DNA of 64,000 nucleotides from Catajapyx aquilonaris (Eukaryota): NCBI GenBank assembly GCA_000934665.2, contig JYFJ02002325.1, positions 1 to 64,000 of the forward strand, read 5' to 3'. Shown piece by piece: positions 57,501 to 64,000 of this stretch (position 1 is its first letter; each line of letters starts with the position of its first letter). The notes under the pieces were generated by a model. It saw only the letters and a program-made list of their open reading frames with translations, ran no database searches and was not told where the DNA came from. The position numbers and the translations under genes were made by a program.

Positions 57501-58510
57501 AAAATCGATTAAAGAATTTCCATCTTCTGGTCTGAGCATGGGGAAGTCCATCACACTGGTTGATGGGTTGACACCAGTGTGATGTACCGTGACGTCCAAG
57601 GGAGTTCAGACAAACGTTGACATCACTTTCAAAAGTGACGACTTACTTTATGAACGAATCCTGTTCAGAAAGTTGCACTGAAAAATTGGTATTATTGTTA
57701 ACGTCTGCAGCTGCTCTCTGCAAAGGGTTTGCACAATGTTGTACCGGAGTACATGAAACTTGCACCTGCATATGTTGCAGAGACTGTGAATGGTGGCTGG
57801 TTGGCGAAAGGACGTTCCTCCAAAAGGGGGGCATCAGACAAAGTGCTATAAGGCCAGGGGCACTGGAATTAGCCAAGCATCCGGTGGTAATGCATAGAGG
57901 TGTTATTATAGGGTCCGCCTAAGGGGTGTGGCGCAATGGGAGGGAAGGGAGGGCACAAGGAGAGAAGCGAGAAAGGAGGGGGAGGAGGGGGTCCTTCATG
58001 CTTGGCAGCTGGATTTAGTGGCTAGAACGAAGGGGGTTTTGGCGGAAGCACTTTAATAATCTGTCAAGGCGATTAGGAGCCGTCGCCGTCCGAATTCCTG
58101 AGGCGGCCCAGAACGGGATTTGCGGCTTGTCGTCTTGCCCCATTCAACAAGACTCCTCTCCACTTGTGCCCTCTTTGCCACTCCATTTGTCCTAATCCTC
58201 GCCTTCACCAACCCAACGTTACGCCTAGCTGTGCTTCTCCTCCTTCCCAAACCCCCCTTTGGCCCCCACTGCCTGACGGTTTCCAATGTGACTTTGAGAC
58301 CAAAATAATGACACTCAGTTTCATTTTCGCGACCGCTGTTTTTGTGCAAGTCTCTCTCGCAAGTATTGGAGACGTCAAGTTGAGAGGCCAATTGCTCTGC
58401 TACTCCAAAGGCGTGTCTTTCTTCTCACTTATATACGTTTGTCCTGTTCTTCTTTCAGAATTCAATTTCGATATTTGCTCTAGTGGGGATGCGTTACAGC
58501 AGTTCAATGA

Positions 58511-58678
58511 TCAACTGTACACCAGAACAGTATTTTTGGCAACTGTAAACTGCCAATTGTTCTCATTTGGAACCCCCCAGTTAGATGCAGTTGTTGTGAC
58601 AAACGTCTCGTGACAAACGTCTCGTTCAAAATCTTTAAAACCCTGTATCTTATTAAATGTTAGATTTTCTATAAATAC
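58511..58678 (-). CDS. Possible alternative third exon of the MATH-like gene
   Basis: Acceptor CCATATACAG|G gives 55 open codons (VFIENLTFNKIQGFKDFERDVC...VLVYS*) in phase 0 with a weak donor ATG|GTATAG at 59060/59059. No homology recognised. Confidence 0.15.
   Translation of the reverse strand, partial: VFIENLTFNKIQGFKDFERDVCHETFVTTTASNWGVPNENNWQFTVAKNTVLVYS
58596..58623. repeat. Exact 14-bp tandem duplication
   Basis: GTGACAAACGTCTC x2. Confidence 0.9.
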
Positions 58679-59053
58679 CTGTATATGGAATTCTTAAAAT
58701 GTACGCTGTGCAAATTCTAAACTGATTCTGAAAAGGGATCCGTTATTTTCTGGTTCCTTATAAGCATTTGCAATTTCAGGTTGTGTTGAAAACTTTGGAT
58801 ATTTTTATTCAGTCACATAACATAAACGTTAAAATGGCCTTAAAACTACCAAGTCACGGGCCCTTCGTAAATTTTTTGTCATCAGCCCTTTTCATGTAAG
58901 CATATTTTAATAAATGTAAATATTTTGAGGTTAAGCGTATTCCTTCAGTCTTATGTAAAAGCAGTCACCATAAACGGCTTTTGTCTCATCCATATCAATT
59001 GCAATATTAGGGAACTGCAAAGAGACGGACATGTAATCGTGCACCCTGTGGGA

Positions 59054-59357
59054 CTATACCATTGTAGTTTCTCTACCATTATTCAGCGTGTAGGTGTCGT
59101 TGTCCTTGTCATCTTCCGATATTTCGGCATCGTCTGAGTAGAAATTCAGATGGAAGCAGCCGTCCAGCCGGATTTTGAGTATCCCCTCCATAGTGGGCCC
59201 CGAATTTGAACAAATGAGGTCCTCCGGCCTAAGTCCCAGGGGCAGAACCATCTCGTAGCTGTTCCTCCGGTTCAGCAGCACTTTCTGCATGTCACTCTCC
59301 CACTTCAGATTCCGGTGTGGAATACTGACGACTGCTCTGGCATGCCCAGTCACCATC
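59054..59357 (-). CDS. Exon 2 (probably terminal) of the divergent MATH-like protein
   Basis: Acceptor TTTACTTTCAG|G. The first G completes GG+G (Gly), then 100 open codons run to TAG at 59056-59054. VTGHARAVVSI...EDL...GILKIRLDG resembles the C-terminal MATH strands and is followed by an acidic tail (SDDAEISEDDKDND). A minus-strand AATAAA lies at 58809-58804. Confidence 0.62.
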
Positions 59358-60106
59358 CTGAAAGTAAACGGTATTTACACATCTTACGGTACGTCATGTG
59401 CTAAAATCCAATTTCACTCGGTTTGTATAATATTTTCACGCTGCATTGGAGCATGTTTTACTTCCACCCGCTTGAATTGAAAGTAACTTATTTAAACCAT
59501 CCGCGCATAGCTCTTTTGACTGTCTGGCAGCACCATCCATTGACACACTAGTACAGTATACGAGGCATAATATTGAGGAAAACTACTGTGGATCGTCTGA
59601 GTAAAAGGACACAAAAAATAAACTAGGCATAAAACCCAGATATTCATGAAAATGTGATTTTAATTCAATCAACCTTTCCATATAAAATATCGACACCACT
59701 GACCAAAACAATCCAGTCCATGGCATAAAAATTCATGCATAATAGGCACTCAAACACATAACATGTTTTCATTTACCGTTGTCGTCAGGACAACCCAGAG
59801 GGGTTATATTCTTGTAACATTTCAGACCCGTAACCATGGTGCAGTACTTACCTCATGAACAAGTTACTGTGCAGATTAGAATTTTAATTTGTTATTTTTG
59901 CCCCATATTGAGATGCTGGCATAATTTGCATATTATACACTTTCAGGTGGACCGCTACATCAGCCCATTTTTATGTCACTCGTGTGGTAAAGCCACCATG
60001 CACACAGAAAAATTGGGGCTTTTTACTACAATAATTGCAGTTGCAGTGATGCCAACACACACACATTGTCAAGAGTGACGCAATCACCTGCAACAATCGC
60101 ACGTAC

Positions 60107-60354
60107 CCTTCAACTCCCATAAGCCTGAGGAAAAGTATCCCCCTTCCGGATATGCGCCTGGACCCTTGAGGATAGAGGTGGAGCTGGAACCTGAGCGGAA
60201 TGTGCGTCCCAACCATAGTGAATGGCTGGGTGGTCAGGTGCCTCCTGGCCGGGTCACCGTTGGAGTCGATTATGTGCACCAAGCCCAGCTTCCACTTGAC
60301 AGTGGTCGGTACCATACCTGGATGGCCGCAGTAACACACGGAAGCCATCGCCAT
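60107..60354 (-). CDS. Exon 1 of a divergent MATH/TRAF-like domain protein (183 aa spliced model)
   Basis: ATG at 60354 has an in-frame TAG three codons upstream. The donor AAGG|GTACGT after 60107 is phase 2 and matches the exon 2 acceptor. The peptide TTVKWKL..LTTQPF..RFQLHLYPQG..GILFLRLM follows the MATH pattern seen in SPOP (WTI..SSTF..WCLRVNPKG..LSLYLLL). Family assignment is by eye only. Confidence 0.62.
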
Positions 60355-63041
60355 CGTTCCCTACTCGATCACTTGTAGTGCTCTTATCGGGGTCTGACCA
60401 GCTCTGTGCAGCGTCGCAGGTGACAGACGGAAATAAAAGCAACCAGTTCTGCGAGAGCCCAGCTAACACCTGAACTATGCTCGAATGACGTTTCCATGGA
60501 TATCTAGACGGCAAACTGAAAGCCTTCTTGCGTTGCCCATTCGACTGAACCTCACTTGATGTGGACAAAAACAAGCTCTTTCGTGACCCGATCCACCAGA
60601 CCAGGGTACATTTCACTGCTGTTTATAATCGGAGCTTTTGTAAGCAATTGGTACGTTTGAAAAGCCTACTTGGATTCCTTGACGTCATCCAGGTATGGCC
60701 CTCCTGGCTCCCTTATCCTCATTTCTCCGTACGTACGGTATGTTGAATCAAACGTAAAATCCTTCATACCTCGCCCTCAAGGAAATCTATTGTGTACGGT
60801 GAGAAATTAATAAAAGTCCAACAAAAGGATAAGCAGAATGTGAGCGACGCAACAGCACGGTCCATTCATTCCCCCAGCGAAGCAACTTGTGGAAGCTGGA
60901 TACCTGTTGGATACAGCTGGTCAACGATTTCAAAACAGGCGGATTGTGACGTCGGAAAGAGGACCATATTTGGTTAGGTAGTTCACAGCTAGGTCGCTTA
61001 CGGCCAGTGGGTGACCTCAAGTGTTAGGTTCACCTGGTTGTAAAATTGCAAATAAAACCGGATAAAATCGTGTGAGAGCTACGGTGATGTTACCTACGAG
61101 GCATCCTTTTTCTGCGGTGATTTCATCAAGTTTTGACTTGAATCTGACACGAGATTTTCATCTGGCTTGGATTGAAGGCATGATTGATCGAATCAAGCCC
61201 GGGCGATGTCAAGTTGCAAAGAACATGATGAGTGTGTACCGTGCGATTAACACTGGATCGCGTCTGAAGGCAAGGGCTGTGGTGTTGGGTGGAGGCGGGT
61301 GATGATTTGAGAAAATCACTCTGGGCGTGATCTGGAAGTGAAGTCCGCGCATTCCATCATGAAGTTGATGAGTAAGTTAGACGTATATCCCCGGAGTTAG
61401 CGCAGCTGGCTGGCTGGCTGCTTGTGAGCCTACACAAGTTCCAAACCATGCCGCTCGTAAAATCCATAAGCGAGAAGCCACCGTGGGAGTGACGCGAGCT
61501 GTAACTTCCTTCAAGAAGTTTCCATTTCGCTTTTGAAAGCGACTCAAGGCTCGACTCTCCGATGCATTACTTTTCCACTTTCCTTCCTCGCCGCGCCGCC
61601 GAGAAGCTGCCTGATGTCTGCTAGGCTTCTGCAGCCTGCCTCCCTGCCTTTGGACCAGTCTTTCTGCTAGAGAAGACACACATCCAACTTTTTCATTAGG
61701 CATGGACAATGAAGGCAGGGAAGAAGCTTTTGTCGGGAGGTTTTGCTTCACTTGCTTCCCAAGAACAATCCGAGTAAAGTGGAACTACTTGGCCGACCTC
61801 CGCCAGCAGGCGCGCGCACTTTATGCTGTTTCTCCCCACTAAGCATTATTATACATCCCCCAGCTTTTCCCAGCAGTCTAAACAAGATTAGAAAGTATAT
61901 ATAAAGTCTAGAGCCGGAATGCTGGAAGAATCCGACTGTGGAAGGTATTTAAAGAAAATTCTTCCTCCATCCCTCTCTCGCTACCACCACCCCCTACCGC
62001 GCTTGCAAATTCACTTGATGGCTTCCTGAAGTGCAGTAAATTGTGTGTTTGGAATGGCAGCGAGTGCTTATTGCAAGCTGGCAAGGAAAATGGGCCGGAA
62101 ATCTCTGGGCGGCCATAGTCCCCTCCCGCCTTTGCTGCTGCTGCTGCAAGGCCTACAATGCTGCTATCTGCCTTAACAAGTCTAATCACCATGCAGTTCA
62201 GGCCCGCGCCAAATCCTGAGTCGTTGCACACCAAATCCGACTTGAACAAAGTTGTTAGCCCTCCCCCTTCCCCCCCTCAGCACAGCCAGCCCTTCCACTC
62301 TCGCAGGCCTCCAAGAAGCGGCTCTGCTGCCAAGGCTGTATGCATTTGTACAGCCCATCAGAGGCGGAGCCAACGCTCCTGCATACAGAATACGGACAAT
62401 TAGGCGGCGTTTAGCCGTCTCTGACGCGCCAACGCCTTTCCTCTATGGCCTCGACACGCTACTAGCCCCTTGTTTATCACCCTTGCTTCTTCCCGCCCTC
62501 CTCCAGCCCAGACAAACTATTCTCTGATTAACGCCACCTCTGACCCCTCCTCTGCCTTCCCGGTTTCTTCAGGTCATTTCGCTTGCTGCTACGACTTATT
62601 AAAAACGAACTTGGGGACTCGCAGCTAGCAACAGACTCGACTTTTATGCTCGAATTATGCAAAGTACGCGGCCCGACGACTGCCAGGGATTCAGCCCTTC
62701 CCAGATGCGATAACGTCTCTGCATCGATTGTTTCAAAGCGGCCAACAACTGCAAGAGAAACAAGAAAAAAAAACTGCCGTCCCGGGCAATTAGGCTGTCA
62801 TTTTAGTGACAAAAGCGGAAAAAAGCAGAAACAAGAGCAAAACATGCCGGTTGGACGGGTCCAGATAATGAGGTTTGATTCTGGCAAGGAAGAGGCGCTT
62901 GATTGGCTCGAAATCGGTTGTTACGACGTGTCCTTTCGGCCGAGTCCATGGCTATAGCTGCAGGCCTTGCCTCACTCTATAGCCTTTTATGATGACGACG
63001 TTTGGACGAGTCGTTGAGGAAAGTCGTGGAAACCACGCCGG

Positions 63042-63284
63042 ATGCTCTTCATGTGGGGGGGGTTGTTCCTCCTGGCGGCACATGGCGCTCGGGCAGGAAG
63101 CTGCAGATTTACGTACTGCATGTGCGAGTGCTGGTACGGCAAGTGCAGGACGTGCAGTCCGCTGGACAAAGTGTCGCCCGCAGCACGCATCGATCTAGCA
63201 CAGCCAGCAGCAGCAGCTCCAATGGACCATGTGGGGAGGGAGCTAGTAGGTCTGGCGCTATATACGATATGTAACACAGGGTGA
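63042..63284 (+). CDS. Speculative small secreted Cys-rich peptide ORF
   Basis: ATG-initiated, with a hydrophobic N-terminus ending A-R-A and then CRFTYCMCECWYGKCRTC. All three plus frames are open over much of this stretch, so it may be spurious. Confidence 0.15.
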   Translation: MLFMWGGLFLLAAHGARAGSCRFTYCMCECWYGKCRTCSPLDKVSPAARIDLAQPAAAAPMDHVGRELVGLALYTICNTG

Positions 63285-63458
63285 GTCAGAACTTCCATCC
63301 CGGCGCCAGGCGCTAGGGATTTCCATAAATGTAAAGGAAATAAGAGGAAACCAACAGGTAACGACGATGGGCGACCCTAAGCCACACGCTGCCACTATTG
63401 TCTACATGTTGCTTTCTGGACATGTGCTTGGCGACCTGTAGTTCTGATTCACCCTGTG
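63275..63458. mobile_element. MITE-like element with Tc1/mariner-type terminal inverted repeats
   Basis: CACAGGGTGAGTCAGAAC (63275-63292) and GTTCTGATTCACCCTGTG (63441-63458) are inverted at 17/18 positions. The interior has no recognisable coding content. The same end sequence occurs at 23274-23293 and 11266-11281. Confidence 0.65.
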
Positions 63459-64000
63459 CAGGTCCGGTACTGCTGCTGGGTCTGGGTATAGAGGCAGGCT
63501 GTGCTGGGCTGGCAGGGTGAGTAGTGGCAGGAGGGGGTGGGCCACCTTAAAGAGAAATTGATGAGTCAAGACCAACTGTTGCAGTTGGTGGAGAAATATG
63601 CCGGCGACGCCTTCGTTGGCCCACAAGAAAGGCGTGATAAATGAGCATCGGAAGGGGGTCTCCCGTGCGGCACCCGCCTCATGAATAACCCTCCCAGGCT
63701 GTAGGCAAACAAGCCCTGCAGGTCCCCCCCACCAATCCAAACCCCTCTATTCTCACCATTTAAGTCCAGGCCCACCGACGAGGAATGGCCTTGTTTGTTT
63801 GGATGCGCCGCAACAGACTTGGTGCTACTTTGGCCCCAGGGGCACCAGCTATACCACCTTCTCTTCCCAAACCCTCCCTCAACACTCCCAATTCCATTCC
63901 TCCCAGACTGCCCAAGGAGAACTAAGGCCTCCCGATATTTACTGGCGCCATTTACGTGCTCCGCGGAAATAGGGAAACAGTCGCAGTCGCCATTAGAGTG

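Noticed and set aside
58053..58391. Basic 112-aa minus-strand ORF as a further exon of the MATH-like gene
   Set aside because: No polypyrimidine acceptor, an in-frame stop shortly upstream, and no BTB or other motif.
60088..60106. Alternative donor CAG|GTGATT for exon 1
   Set aside because: Phase 0, out of frame with the exon 2 acceptor; only the donor after 60107 gives a continuous frame.
60312..60698. 13-bp inverted repeat (CCATACCTGGATG / CATCCAGGTATGG) spanning the MATH-like start
   Set aside because: A match of this length within a few hundred bp is near chance expectation for the window.
1..64000. Prokaryotic or viral systems (CRISPR, operons, retrons, prophage) and autonomous transposons
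   Set aside because: No regularly spaced repeats, no long ORFs, no gene-dense organisation and no RT/integrase/transposase motifs. Splice signals and microsatellites indicate eukaryotic nuclear DNA.

Overview
This is eukaryotic, gene-poor DNA. It looks metazoan and plausibly arthropod, but the taxon cannot be fixed from sequence alone. There are no operons, rRNA, tRNA, CRISPR arrays or transposase/RT ORFs, and almost all ORF-track entries are short, low-complexity or overlapping noise (many open on TTG/GTG). The one credible protein-coding gene is on the minus strand near the right end: two phase-compatible exons (60354-60107 and 59357-59054) encode a 183-aa protein with a strongly diverged MATH/TRAF-like domain, an acidic tail and no visible BTB domain. 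The rest alternates GC- and purine/pyrimidine-tract-rich blocks with AT-rich spacers, as in a large intron or regulatory gene desert. Clear structural features are a 151-bp near-perfect palindrome (54446-54596), a small Tc1/mariner-like MITE family with CAGGGTGAGTCAGAAC ends (23211-23293, 63275-63458, solo end 11266-11281), an exact 20-bp octamer-containing motif present twice (34493, 39736), microsatellites and one N. Isolated candidate exons and two Cys-rich small ORFs are reported only as hypotheses. I do not see solid evidence for a new multi-component system.
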